Positions 40,601 to 51,232 are shown, counted from the stretch's first letter. The stretch: 64,000 nucleotides of DNA from Dipteris shenzhenensis (GCA_047967505.1 CM106538.1), one strand, 5' to 3'. The notes: generated from the letters alone by a model not told the origin. Translations and numbers: made by a program.

Positions 40601-41404
40601 GGAGCCAAGGTCTTAGTTTCCATGTCAAGAGATTCTAGATTTTGTATGGTCAAGCTAGTTCAGTTCATGTTTCTTACTAGTTGTGTGGCTTTTATATTTA
40701 CAGAGGGTCAAGTAAAGATGTGAGGAATAAGAAACCAGGAAGCTAGGTTTATCCATAATGTCGTTGGCATATGAAACAGTTTGATGCTCACTGTGGTGTT
40801 TAGAGCTTCTTAGATGATCACTGAATTGTTTAATAATTAATCATTGGAGGTTCCTTGGTCTTCTCATGCACTTTTGTGTGATATGTGGATGAGTGTGGCC
40901 TTTCAATGTCCTTCAAGGAAAAGTTTAATCAATCATTTGAGCAATGCTAGATAATACCAGGATCCACTTATAAAATGTGTGCATAGCTGTCAAAGTGTAG
41001 ATGTCTTACTAACGAAAACTAACTTTAATATTGTGTAACTCTTTACTCCTGTTGGTAAAATTATGCAGGTTGCTGGTTTAACCTGGTTCATAGGTTCCTG
41101 TATAATCCTTATCAACATGTACTATCTTTCCAGTGAGTTCATTCATTGGATTCACACCAGCACATTGCATACATCAGTTGTTTGGATTGTTGGAATTTCA
41201 GGGTCTTGTAGTTTACTTGCTTATGCTAGTTTTACAGTCTACTTGGCATTAAGGACAGATAGGACAGAGACATACATTTTGCCAGAAATGGCAGAGAGCA
41301 TTGACCAATTTGATGATGATGAAAAGTTAACTTCTGGGATTGAGATGAACGAGTCAGGGCCATTAATTGTCAGCACTATGAATCAATCAAGTGTGAATTT
41401 TTAA
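5156..41404 (+). CDS. NRAMP1: NRAMP metal transporter (NRAMP1/NRAMP6 group), spliced gene; 12 coding exons in window, N-terminal exon not identified
   Basis: Exons joined at GT-AG sites give 1509 nt with no internal stop. Motifs [47 protein letters not shown] and [11 protein letters not shown] are colinear with plant NRAMP1. Confidence 0.96.
5383..5423 (+). CDS. NRAMP1: NRAMP exon ([14 protein letters not shown])
   Basis: ctgcag| ... |gtaaag; phase-compatible. Confidence 0.93.
5700..6856 (+). mobile_element. Degenerate L1-type LINE 5' part with AP-endonuclease remnant
   Basis: About 6620-6800 translates as [10 protein letters not shown]...[12 protein letters not shown] (APE motifs). Left boundary is approximate. 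Confidence 0.6.
6857..7898. mobile_element. LTR-like sequence(s), TGTT...AACA, no TSD
   Basis: Starts TGTTGG at 6857 and ends TTAACA at 7898, abutting the truncated Copia gag. TATA-like CCCTATATAAGGG on - near 7765. Confidence 0.45.
7899..12195 (+). mobile_element. Ty1/Copia element lacking 5' LTR: gag-PR-IN-RT-RH, PPT and 3' LTR (from 11962), pseudogenised
   Basis: [66 protein letters not shown]+TG is the same as in the element at 1-2862. Several stops and frameshifts. Confidence 0.93.
12072..12123 (+). repeat. 26-bp direct tandem duplication inside LTR
   Basis: TTCTTGAGGGTTGTGGTGTGCCCTTG x2. Confidence 0.9.
14000..14019 (+). repeat. poly-G tract (20 nt)
   Basis: Direct read. Confidence 0.9.
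14584..14631 (+). repeat. poly-C / interrupted C tract (48 nt)
   Basis: Direct read. Confidence 0.9.
14880..16100 (+). mobile_element. Highly degenerate L1-type ORF2 3' remnant
   Basis: LAGRKVLA-like post-RT motif near 15145 and Cys/Trp-rich zf-RVT-like remnants; no open frame. Confidence 0.4.
16648..16697 (+). repeat. (GT)n(GA)n compound microsatellite
   Basis: Direct read, about 75 nt upstream of an NRAMP acceptor site. Confidence 0.95.
16773..16851 (+). CDS. NRAMP1: NRAMP exon ([27 protein letters not shown])
   Basis: ggcag| ... |gtaaac. Confidence 0.94.
17290..17553 (+). repeat. 5' LTR (264 bp)
   Basis: TGTTAGAATT...CCCACA; aligns with 23379-23642 (9 substitutions plus one 5-bp inversion by manual count). 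Confidence 0.97.
17556..17567 (+). other. Primer-binding site, tRNA-iMet type
   Basis: TGGTATCAGAGC, 2 nt after the 5' LTR. Confidence 0.95.
17625..18017 (+). promoter_or_regulatory. Dense (C)CGTAC motif array in Copia leader, putative SBP/SPL-box binding cluster
   Basis: 24 GTAC counted in about 390 bp, 19 of them as CGTAC. Regulatory role is inferred. Confidence 0.5.
18171..18647 (+). repeat. Complex direct repeat in Copia 5' leader (about 188-bp block repeated at 289-bp period, partial third copy between)
   Basis: ACATTTGGAGCTTTGGCAGACAAATTGC... at 18171 and 18460. Confidence 0.9.
22746..22818 (+). tRNA. tRNA-Arg(UCU): tRNA-Arg(UCU), 73 nt, intronless, inserted in Copia pol
   Basis: Full cloverleaf: acceptor GCTCTCG/CGGGAGT, D stem GCCT/AGGC, anticodon stem TCTGA/TCAGG with TCT at 22779-22781, T stem GTGGG/CCCAC with loop TTCGAGT. 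A and B boxes are intact. Confidence 0.95.
22836..22855 (+). terminator. Oligo-T Pol III terminator-like tracts downstream of the tRNA
   Basis: T5 at 22836-22840 and T6 at 22850-22855. Confidence 0.6.
23379..23642 (+). repeat. 3' LTR (264 bp), preceded by PPT AGGGGGG
   Basis: Matches the 5' LTR; followed by TSD ATTCT. Confidence 0.97.
24586..24690 (+). CDS. NRAMP1: NRAMP exon ([11 protein letters not shown]...SDIPE)
   Basis: tgcag| ... |gtgaca. Confidence 0.94.
24800..24909 (+). CDS. NRAMP1: NRAMP exon ([12 protein letters not shown]...LQQYG)
   Basis: ttgcag| ... |gtgagt. Confidence 0.94.
25045..25226 (+). CDS. NRAMP1: NRAMP exon (VRKLE...LLGAMVMP)
   Basis: ttgcag| ... |gtaagt. Confidence 0.95.
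25382..26823 (-). mobile_element. Solo LTR, 1442 bp
   Basis: TG...CA termini flanked by identical 5-bp AGAGT (25377-25381 / 26824-26828). CCTATAAAAG on - near 26130 suggests the orientation. Confidence 0.85.
26971..30420 (-). mobile_element. 5'-truncated L1-type LINE (ORF2 RT and zf-RVT), decayed
   Basis: [47 protein letters not shown] and [10 protein letters not shown]. Ends are approximate. Confidence 0.9.
30957..31145 (+). repeat. About 96-bp tandem duplication
   Basis: TGTAATCAGCTTGCTGTGCC... at 30957 and 31053. Confidence 0.9.
31160..31991. mobile_element. LTR-like non-coding fragment with palindromic TTRACC-N2-3-GTYAA array
   Basis: Ends ...TTTACA at 31991; repeated short palindromes; no TSD found. 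Confidence 0.4.
33320..33389 (+). CDS. NRAMP1: NRAMP exon ([23 protein letters not shown])
   Basis: atgcag| ... |gttctg; completes the MPHN motif. Confidence 0.94.
33477..33650 (+). CDS. NRAMP1: NRAMP exon (DGCRY...RASFLLR)
   Basis: ctgcag| ... |gtgagt. Confidence 0.94.
34055..34345 (+). mobile_element. Non-LTR (RTE-like) reverse transcriptase fragment
   Basis: [17 protein letters not shown]...QLGF...[13 protein letters not shown]. Confidence 0.65.
34480..34650 (-). mobile_element. Copia RNase H remnant
   Basis: [13 protein letters not shown]. Confidence 0.7.
35856..35960 (+). CDS. NRAMP1: NRAMP exon (NSLGKWSS...[17 protein letters not shown])
   Basis: ggcag| ... |gtacga; consensus transport motif. 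Confidence 0.95.
36043..36174 (+). CDS. NRAMP1: NRAMP exon (GFLELK...KLIIASS)
   Basis: atacag| ... |gtaagt. Confidence 0.95.
36930..38980. mobile_element. LTR-like insertion with an internal 72-bp duplication (37098-37222) and a TGGCT-rich tract (38240-38570)
   Basis: Non-coding; ends ...TACTACA; boundaries and TSD not resolved. Confidence 0.4.
39051..39245 (+). repeat. About 99-bp diverged tandem duplication
   Basis: TAGACTTTGTGTTTGGTTGGCC at 39051 and 39150. Confidence 0.8.
40008..40103 (+). CDS. NRAMP1: NRAMP exon ([19 protein letters not shown]...NSKQ)
   Basis: gagcag| ... |gtgagc. Confidence 0.95.
41069..41404 (+). CDS. NRAMP1: NRAMP terminal exon (VAGLTW...SSVNF*)
   Basis: atgcag|; last two TM segments, acidic tail, TAA. 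Confidence 0.93.
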   Translation, partial: VAGLTWFIGSCIILINMYYLSSEFIHWIHTSTLHTSVVWIVGISGSCSLLAYASFTVYLALRTDRTETYILPEMAESIDQFDDDEKLTSGIEMNESGPLIVSTMNQSSVNF

Positions 41405-43330
41405 AACCCATTCTTTCCATCTTGAGTAAAGATTATATTTATGTTATGGTTCCGACAGAGGGAAATTTGAGTTCGCAAGTGTGTCTTTTGCGTGGGTGCA
41501 GGTGCATATGCGTTTGTGCACATATGTTTGTGATGTGTGTAAATATGTTTGTGATATGTGCACATATGTTTGTGAGTCATTGTTTGTGCCAAACAAATTC
41601 TTTGGTGTGTTGGACTCTGTTTACACATGTTGTAAATTTCCATGCGGGACTGCTCAACGAAATATGCGGGTATTTGAGTAAACAATGAGCAAATACTTTA
41701 ATGAACAATGCAATTTGCAGATGAGTTTGCTCACTTACATAACAAAAAAGTCCCAATTTCATAAACTTCATTCTTTGTATCCTACAATATAAACAAAAGG
41801 CACAGGGTGCCGAGAGCACTGCCCTTAGAGCAGCGAGCAATGTCGCATGAAGCATTGGTCTCTTCACAGGCGTCTCTTTGAGTCGGAGATATTGAACAAA
41901 GCTTCACAGTTCTCGCACGCACCTTACACGCCTTCCCTCCCTAACCGAGTCTCTCTTGTTTTTGGCTTCTCAGAAAAAATGTTGACTTCGATATGCTGCC
42001 TGTCCACCTGCGCATCTTCTTCCCCGCTTTCTATAACATGCGCAATGTTTTCCGAACGATCTGCGATTTTCCCAGAACTTAAGTGGGGGCGTCACCATGT
42101 TTCTCTATCGGAATGACTCAACTTGAAAGTGTGTCAGCCCCTCTTTCCCGCTAGGCCTCTAGCGTAGAATCTCTTCTGGAGAAAAATCCTGAAACGCCCA
42201 CATCCTGTCAGCAGCAACAGGAAGCCTTAGAACTGCAGAGGAAGAAAGAGCTCCAAGAAGGCAGGAGACACTCAAAATATACCATTCCCTTCGGCGTAAG
42301 CCTAATATTTCCAGACGTAGCCTTGTGAATTCTCTTGAGCAGAGACAAACTTACATGAGGAAAAGGATTGAGCAAACTTTAGCCTACAATTCGAGAAGGC
42401 GGAAAATGATCCATGCCGGGGTAAAGGCCTGAATTGCGCTGCGAATTTCCTGGCGAAGTTAATTACACCTTCTTCAAGCAAGGAAAAGAGAGCATGATAC
42501 GACTCTACCAAGACTTGCACATGTCAAACGATTTCATGGCTCATATACCTCTCGATCGCTCGGATATGAAGACAAGCATGTCCTCAGAATTGGCGTGAAG
42601 ACAAACGTATCCTCAGTAACATTTTTTTTGAACTTTTGGTGAAATCGGTCAACTTACCCTTGGTGAGTCGAGTTTTTGCAAGGACCTTCCAATAGTCGGT
42701 ATCGAAATAATAACAAGAACGTCGAAGTTATACGGAGTTCTCCCGACAGAGAAATAAAGCAACGAAGCAAAAAGTGACAGAGATGCTCCAAAAAAGCTAA
42801 CGAATCTGTCTGTTCACATAGAACATAAAATCTAGGCGCTACGAAAGATTGAAGCTACCAAGTTGGGTCGCAATTCTGACTCGATTCGTGTTATTTCTCC
42901 TTGAAATCCACCGCCAGAGTCCAACAACAAACGAAGAAAGACAATCTCGTGAACCAAAACATGAACGTGATGTTCTTGAGAAAAGAGACTTAGATCGAGC
43001 AGAGACTTCACAAATGAAATGCAGAAATAGAAATGAAGAATGAAGAAGATAACGACCTTATCCCCCCAAAATTACAAGTTTCTTTTAAAAAGTTGGTCAT
43101 CTTGCTTTAGATGGGAATCGTTCTCAGCGCTATAGTCCCCCTAGCAGGGCAGTACAAATAAAGGTTCATACTCCCAATATGATGTAAAGTACCTTGAAGG
43201 TGTCTTGGTGCCTTTAGTGGGAAGGTTCCATTTATTAAGGGTAATGGACCTTGAAGAAAAATTTCCAAGTGCAAGCATGTCCATAGGAGAATGTTGTAGC
43301 ACTCGTTTATTTATACAGCGTCGAAGGTGT

Positions 43331-43730
43331 GCATCTTGAACCTATGGATTATTGGACATTGATGGACAAGCATTTTTACCACATTTGTTGTAGGAAAGGT
43401 TAGTGTTGCTTGTATATCAAGATACACCATATTTTATGAATCCTTGTTGAAAGATTCCTCTAGTTATAGCACCAAAGCTGTGAGCATCTTGAGGCGTATG
43501 GAGTAATGGACGTTGATGGACAAGCAAATATACCACATTTGTTGTAGGTAAGGTTAGTGTTGCTTATAGATCAAGATCCATATTTTACGAATCCATGTTG
43601 AAAGATTCCTCTAGTTATAGCACCAAAGCTATGAGCATCTTGAGTTGTATGGATTAATGGACACTTATGGCCGGGAACATATGCCAGACTCGTAGACAAG
43701 GTTCGTGTTGCTTGTAGACCAAGATACACA
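43331..43730 (+). repeat. About 152-bp tandem repeat, about 2.5 diverged copies
   Basis: Units start near 43345, 43499 and 43650 and share AAGGTT(A/C)GTGTTGCTT. Confidence 0.85.
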
Positions 43731-45149
43731 ATAGTTTACATTCCATACATTTGCATCCCTTAAAATCTTCCTCTATTGACATGTCATACTATAGAATCTT
43801 CCATTGATATCGTCATTTCTTGTCCATTGAAACTATGGAACCATGTACCAACCAAATGTTGTGTACAATTTGGGTCTTGTACATGCGTAAATTGTTTATA
43901 TTTGCTCTTGCAACACACATTCCATTTTTTATAAAAAGAGCTCGTTTAACGTAGGACACACTTGCACCTTTTCTCTAGGCTAATAAAATGAAACTAATTT
44001 TTTGCACCTTTTCTCTAGGCTAGTACAATGCAACCAATTTTTTTGCATACTATGGTTGAAGCACTATCTTTAAGAGATAATGGGGGAAGCCGTTGCTGCT
44101 CCTTTGAATTAGTATCTTGAGATAGCTTTGTTTTTTCGATATTTTGTCAACATTTTGTGTTGTCATGGAAACCAAAATTTTGAAGTTGAAGCCAAGTGAT
44201 AATGTCAAATTAGCCATAGAGAATCCTTGTGGTCAAAATTGCATGAAGGCATGAAGCAGAGGTTTAACCAAAAAATCGTTTTAATTCAAAAAACTTGAAA
44301 AAGTTCTAAGAAATATATGAAATCGACAAATGCATTTAAACTATTTTAATTCTAAATGATAGCTTTAAAGATGCTACACTTGTCCATAATTCAATAGTCT
44401 CATTATTCATCAAAACCAAAAAATCCTTTATTCTATCCATAAAATTTGCCATTATGGATTCTTATATGCGTACTGAGGGTACATGAAGTTTTTCCAAAAG
44501 TAGCAAAGCATTGCAGTTACCCTTTTGTCTTTCATGTATCAATTTCTTGCAAGCCATTGCAAATGGCACTACACTTTAGATTCTTCTAGAACAAAGTTCC
44601 AATAAAGCAATCATTTTTTTTCTAATCAGACAATTATTGATAACTACTATGTGGAAAAGAATCCCTGGATTTTGAGTCTTTCAAATATCCAAGTTTTAAA
44701 GTTGCATTTCAATACTATTTGTATGTCAATAACGATCCATACTTTATAGTTTTAAATAAATCATCACAATATATTCTTATATATGAGAAGTATGAGTTGA
44801 CAAGCCCTATTATTATAACCTCAAATCTTAAACAATTAGCAAATCAATCTAATGATATGCATTGTGAGTTGGTGAATTTGTGTGAAAAGTGACAATTGTT
44901 AATCAATGTGTTCTATACTTTCTCGACAAAAAATGATTGGTTTCATACATGCTTAATTAGTACTGGTATTACTACAGCTTGTGCATGGAAGAAGAATAAA
45001 TTTGATTACTATAGACAAGGTCTTTTAAAATGTGATGTTATTAAGAAGCGGGCAATGAGGCTTGAGATATTGCTTGATTACTATTAGGAGATTGAAAGAA
45101 AGAAATGGGGTGGTTATAGTAGAGCCTAGCATTAAACTAGATCATGAAG

Positions 45150-45680
45150 GGACCTTCACATGGATTGTGTCTACTATATGATGAGATGTTTGGAGTTTCT
45201 TCTTGAGAGACCTTGATTCTCTCCACACAAGAAAAGGGCCTCAATATCATTGATCTAGATTTGTGGTGTAGAGCCTTGCTTTGCAAGGTCGTGTTTAGGG
45301 CTTTTGCTGGGATAGATTCCTTGGAAATATTTATTCGTTTGTTGCATACACTCTTGGATGGATAGTACCAGGTGGATCTTTACCTCAATGCATCTCTTAA
45401 TTTTTTCTTCCTGCTCTCTTAGGGCTACCATCTTGAAAGCTTGGGGAAGCTTTAGGATTAATCTTCAGAGAAACCCTTCCTCTTCACAGGAAGAAATTGA
45501 TAGGCAACCTATCATGTGGAATGACTTCATACTTGATGGTCATGGTAGACCTCTTGGTGCTCCTGGTTACATGCAAGGGTCCCAATGGGAGAAGAAAGAA
45601 ATAAAGGTCTACTAATGTCTATAGAAGACCTCACGCGTTTATGAGACAAAGTGCAAACAACAAAAGAGTGACTTACTATA
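45150..45680 (+). mobile_element. L1-type ORF2 post-RT fragment
   Basis: WIFTS...EEIDRQPIMWNDFILDGHGRPLG. Confidence 0.55.
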
Positions 45681-45689
45681 GTTGGCGTG

Positions 45690-48600
45690 TTGTGTGGTAG
45701 AGATAAACGTGTCGTGGGGATGCTGGAGGTGTACGGACAGAGCTCCTCACTCCTGTGCTACTCCTTGTGGGAGCATTGCATAGTAAAGCCTTCACACGTG
45801 TCACTCGAGTGCCTGTCGGATCATTGCAATGGGGTTTTCACTAAGAAGAAGGGGGTGAGAAAGAGAGAGCGGAGGGGGAGGAAAGAAGGGAAGGGGATGG
45901 AAAAGGAGAAGAAGGTGAAGGGGGATCGTGGCAAACACCAAAGGCAAAGGCAAGCAAGGAGAGCAAGCAAACCTCAATGTCAACACATGAGCAAGAAGAG
46001 AGCTTGTATTTCTCAAAGGTTGCATACAACAATGAAGACCAAACTCAACCACTTGGCCTTTTATACATGTCACCGTTTGAAGGGAGGGCCAACCCTATTC
46101 CTTGTACCACACACTCTCTCTTTTGTTACAACTACTTGGGCCCTTATGGTGCCAAGGCATATGCTGATTCTCTCAACCTTCTCTCTGTCTTCAAATGGCT
46201 CGTGTTATCGGATCCAAATGGCTCTTGTGTTATCTTTGCCAATTTCGGCGATCCCGACAACTACTTCAAAACTGAGCCATTTGTGGCTCAAAACCCGTAG
46301 GGTTTGGATGGGCCAAATCTGTTAGCATGCTCAATGTCTATTAACATGTCACTCTTCCTATTGCATTGCGTAGCAGTCCAATTGTTGTGGGGTGATCCAT
46401 GTGAAATAAGGTCGGTACTTCCAGAAGTGGGTGGCATGCATGTCCTGGAATGTGCAAATGTGATGGCCATGTAGATTTCAGACCTGAAGGTACAAGCGCA
46501 AGTCTTGGAATTAGGAGGGTCCGATGTCGAGAACGAAGACAATTTGGTTGTTGAGATTGTGAAGTTTTTCGTTGATTAGACGACTGTTGGCGGAGAGATC
46601 TTGGAGCAGCATGAGGATAAGGCGATTGAAGTGCACTGCTACTACCACTGCAGGATCCGATACTGAGCCGTACGTATCATTGACTAAAGGCGAAAGAAAA
46701 ATCATTCCTGAGTCATTTCCTGGGGAAGCTGTACTTAGGGAAGTTGTATATGATGTTGGGACCTTTATTTTGGAGCTCCCAGAAGTGGGCCTAGGACTGG
46801 GCCTAGGACCATTGTCATTCCATGGGCATATAGAGGGGATGGATTCGTCGCTTGAGGGGTGCGCTGAGGGGTGCGCTGCGATAGTAGCACCAAAATTGCT
46901 CCTTCTTCAAAAAGGGGCTACGCCAAGGGGATTGAAGGCATGCATCTATGTCGACGAGGGGAATAGGCTGTGTTTGGAGCTAAGTTGTAGCTGCCATGTG
47001 TGCGCTTCGAGTTGGATCACACCTCTAGCCATTGAAGGACTTAGTGATAAACATAATGAGAGTGCGAACTTCCATTATTTCATATAGGTGAAGGCCTTTG
47101 AGTTGTGCCTTCCAGTGATGATGAGAGCGCTCTCGGGTAAGTTCTGGGAGGATTGGAGGTCGAGCCGCCATTGTACATCTTCTAGTAGTGAGGAGGGGGG
47201 TGCTGGAGCAACATCATCTTCCACATTTGGCATGGGGTCCTCCTCTGCATTCATGACAGTTGAAAGGTCAATCGGCTGGTGGACTAGAATTGCCGACCGC
47301 CGCAAGAATATATTGCTAGCTTTGTTTGGTAGGTCGACAGGAGCATTGGAGGATATGGACTGAGAGGTCCCGTGTTGTGTGGTGCTAGTGTTGGAGGCAT
47401 TGTAGGATTACCCGAGCTAGTTTGTGTGGGAAGGGGAGGCGGGTTGCTGAGGGGGGTGGGGGGGATTTGTGGGGTTACTGAGGGGGGTGGGCGGGATTTG
47501 TGGGGTGTGTGGGAATATCTGCGGGTGGGGCGGTAGCGTTGAAGATGGAGATGGCTTCCTAGCCATCCTCCTCGATGACAACTTCGAGATACGCTACATG
47601 AATCGTTTCAAAATTGCTCACGAAGGACTCGTGTCAGTCGTGGAGATCTTGTAGCACCCTATTGAACAAAACGATGATGCTGAGGGGGTGGTAGGTCGTG
47701 GAGTGATAGAGGCACCTAAATGTCCTTGAGTTTGAACTCCCAAAGCCCAGCCATAGGTCTGCATCCAATCGATGTCGGCTTGTATACTTTCAGGAGTACA
47801 AGCCCAAGGGCTCAGCTCTTTAGGCTTGGCTAGCTGCATCACGTCATTGTCCTATGGATAATTGGTGGACTCTATGATTATTCGACACACGCCTGGACTT
47901 TTAAGAGAATGGAATGGGCGGCTAAGGTCTAAAGATAAGAGGGACAGAGGCTGGTGGGCTAAAGATCTAGTGAGAAGTAGGACAGCTAGAACGAAGCGAT
48001 AGTGAGATTTCGATGAAGGATGGTCAGGAGTGTATTGGGTGGGAGAGGGGCATTGAGATCAATGTGGAAGATAAGATTTTGTGCACGAAGTGCATCAAAG
48101 TGCATCTGAAGTGTTTGGGGGATTGTGCGTGGGGATAGTGTGTAGGTGGCGAGATGTGTGGAGACCTCCCTATACATGGCAAATTCTTGTTGCTCGCTGT
48201 CCTCTAACATGGACTCCTCTAGGCATGCACAGGTGCGAAGCTCCTCATTTTTTGTCTGCAAGGTGACGGTGAGGGTTCAATCCTATGTGAGGAGGTCCTG
48301 AAGCGTGTGGATTCGTTGGTCAAATCCCTCCCTGTGCCTTGTGTATATTTCCTCAATCCGTCGCTCTTCCGTGGTTTGAAGGCTTGATTCTGCCTTGTCT
48401 AGATGGTCCCTCATGGTCTTAATTTGCGATTAGGGCTAGGACTTTAAATGGCATTGGGATGTATTTCCTTCTGGGGATCGAACCAGGTGGAGCTTTGGGA
48501 TTTCCTTCCTTAAAAATTTCCTTGCCTCTTGAAGGTGGTTGTACTGTAGGGGGAGTGGAATGGTCTTTACAAAGCGAAATTATTGAGGTTCTTCAACTAT

Positions 48601-49490
48601 ATGCGAGAGTGGTGGTTCGTGCTCTCCAGTCAATTTGGCAATTTATGGCATAGCACCAGGTCCTTCCTAGGATAATCAGCTCATTGGTCATCTCTGTGGG
48701 AGGAACATAAAAATGGACAACAATTAGTTTCAAGTCTGTATACCCCAATGTACTTAAGATTTGACTGTTGATAACCCGAACTGAAGCAACATGAAGGTTT
48801 AGGGGTACCTTTAGCGCTTCCCATACCTCGTGGGAGATGAAGTTATGGCTTGCTCCCAAATCCACAAGTGCTTTGACTCTTGTACATAGGCCCTGCAATT
48901 GGGCACTCAACCTAGCTAGATCTACTGTTAGTTCATCAGTTAGGCCTAGGTGTTCTACTATTTCCTTAAACAAAGCCATTTGTTTTTGTTGTCTGATTTT
49001 GGCATTATGTATCTTGGCTTCTTCGATGGCCTGGCGTTTCATCCAAGCTACCTCGACCTTGAGCTTCTTTTCTCTATGTATGGCCAAGAGGGTCTGTAGA
49101 GTGAGTGGACTATAATATCTTTTCAATTTGCTACCATTAAGGTAGTCGTCCATCTTCGTCTAGGGTGGCTATTCGGCATGCACCTTGCAAAGTAATCTCC
49201 ATTGCGTTATAGGGACCCATGCCCCTATATTTTAGTTTGTGCTTGGTGTTGTGGATGCTATAGAGGAGTGCCAGATCCCCCTTCTCGAGGTCCTTGTTCT
49301 TAAGGTTGCGGTCGAACCATTTTGTATACCTTGCCTTCTCCACTCAAAGGCAATATGATGCATGCAATCTTGTCTCAGCTAGTCATTCAAGATCGATTAA
49401 GCACTCAGGAAAATCATTTTTGGTGAGCCTTTCCTTGACTATGATGTGAAGGTTGGACACTACATACTCCATCGGCATAATTGCCTCCAC
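45690..49490 (-). mobile_element. Ty3/Gypsy (non-chromovirus) 3' part, copy A: IN C-terminus, extra protease-like domain, long 3' region
   Basis: EAIMPMEY, GDLALLY, GMGPY, NGSKLKRYY, then ALVDLGASHNFIS...IILGRTW. Left boundary is uncertain. Confidence 0.8.
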
Positions 49491-49494
49491 TATG

Positions 49495-50040
49495 TTTTTG
49501 GGCCAAACCCCAAAGCTTGCATAGTTTGCGAGATGAAATCCCACTGAACTGTGTCAAAGGCTTTTGCAATATCTACCTGCAAGAGTAGAACATCCTGCTG
49601 CGTGTATTTGGCATATTCAATCCCAATATAAGCATTGGAAATGTTATCTATGATATGGCGACGTGGAACAAAGACATATTGGAGGGATGCAACCCATCAT
49701 GCAAATAATCTTTAATCCGATCAACCACCATTTTGGCAATGATCTTGTAAATGACTGGCATGAGTGTGATTGGCGTCCAATCACTGACACAGGCATCTGC
49801 TGATTTTGCCATGTTGTATTTACCATTTGCAGCAAGGTGAATTTAAGAAGATTCCAGAATGCAAGAAAAAATTCAACAGTGAGACCATCCCATCCTAGAG
49901 ATTTCCATCCGCCACAGGATCTCAATGCATTAGACAATTCCCTTTCAGTGAAGGGATGTTCAAGTTCCAAAGCCTGAGCATCAGATAGAATTGGATGAAT
50001 ATGCTGCAAAAGAAGCTGACGTGTAGACTAGATGGTAGTA
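49495..50040 (-). mobile_element. L1-type RT fragment
   Basis: PFTERELSNAL...KSLGWDGLTVEFF; WTPIT; VDIAKAFDTVQWDF. Confidence 0.85.
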
Positions 50041-50553
50041 GCTAGTCCCTGCTATGCATGATAAAGTTTATGAGTGACTATCATGAGATTGAAACTGCAC
50101 TATGTTGTTAGAAATCAACCAACAGAGGGTACGCACAGCAGAAGACTGATAGAATTGCCCAAGAGCTCACATAGTGTGGTGTGGGGTGTGGAATCACAAA
50201 CTTCTCAACTTATGTGCATCAAATAGTTGTGTAGACTCATCAATAGATAATGAACCAACCAGATAGAGAAACCACCAAAATAATTTATTTCCATCCAAAG
50301 CTATGGACACAATACAAAAGAGATATATCTAGAGTCCCATCAATGGTGTGGTCCTCTGATCTTACCACAAGGTACGCCTCCTATCTGCTGGTATCTCTAG
50401 ACTCAAGCCCACGTGCTCCACCTCCAGCGTAATAGACTTTCCATCCAGAATGATACCGCATATCCCTCAATCGTCTTAAGCATCAATTTTGGGTCAAACA
50501 TGGTGTCATTCTGGGCCACATAGTGTCACGGAATGGAATCTCTGCGAACCATA

Positions 50554-50833
50554 ATAAAATCCAGCTCATCTTGGAGTTACCACCCCCCACCAACGCCAAG
50601 GGAGTCCAACGATTTATTGGCCACACAGGCTATTATAGAAGATTCATCTTGTTCTATGCGAACATAGCCCACCCATTGTACAAACTGCTAGTATAAAATC
50701 AAGCTCATCTTGGAGTTACCACCCCCCACCAATGCCAAGGGAGTCCAACGATTTACTGGCCACATGGGCTATTACAAAAGATTCATCTTTTTCTATGCGA
50801 ACATAGCCCACCCATTGTACAAACTACTAGTAT
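50554..50833 (+). repeat. 139-bp diverged tandem duplication in pol
   Basis: ATAAAATC.AGCTCATCTTGGAG at 50554 and 50693. Confidence 0.9.
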
Positions 50834-51048
50834 CCTTTGAGTGGACTGAGGAATGCCAGACATCCTTCGAAACCCTCAATCTAGCTCTAGCCACTGCTCT
50901 AGTATTGAGGTCACCCGACTGGAATTTAATATTCCACGTCCATATTGATGCCTCCAACTTTGCCATCGGGTGTGTATTAGCCCAACCCGGGGAGCATAAT
51001 CTAGATTACCCAGTATACTTTGCGAGCCGCCAACTAAACAAGGCCAAA

Positions 51049-51232
51049 GTTAACTACACCACAACCGAGAGGGAAGGTCTCACCATGGTTTATGCAGTCA
51101 AGAAGTTCAGGCACTCCTTGTTGGCTAACAAGTTTGTCTTCTTTGTTAACTACACCACAACCGAGAGGGAAGGTCTCACCATGGTTTATGCAGTCAAGAA
51201 GTTCAGGCACTCCTTGTTGGCTAACAAGTTTG
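51049..51232 (+). repeat. In-frame duplication (88 bp identical, 96-bp period) in RNase H
   Basis: VNYTTTEREGLTMVYAVKKFRHSLLANKF x2. Confidence 0.93.
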
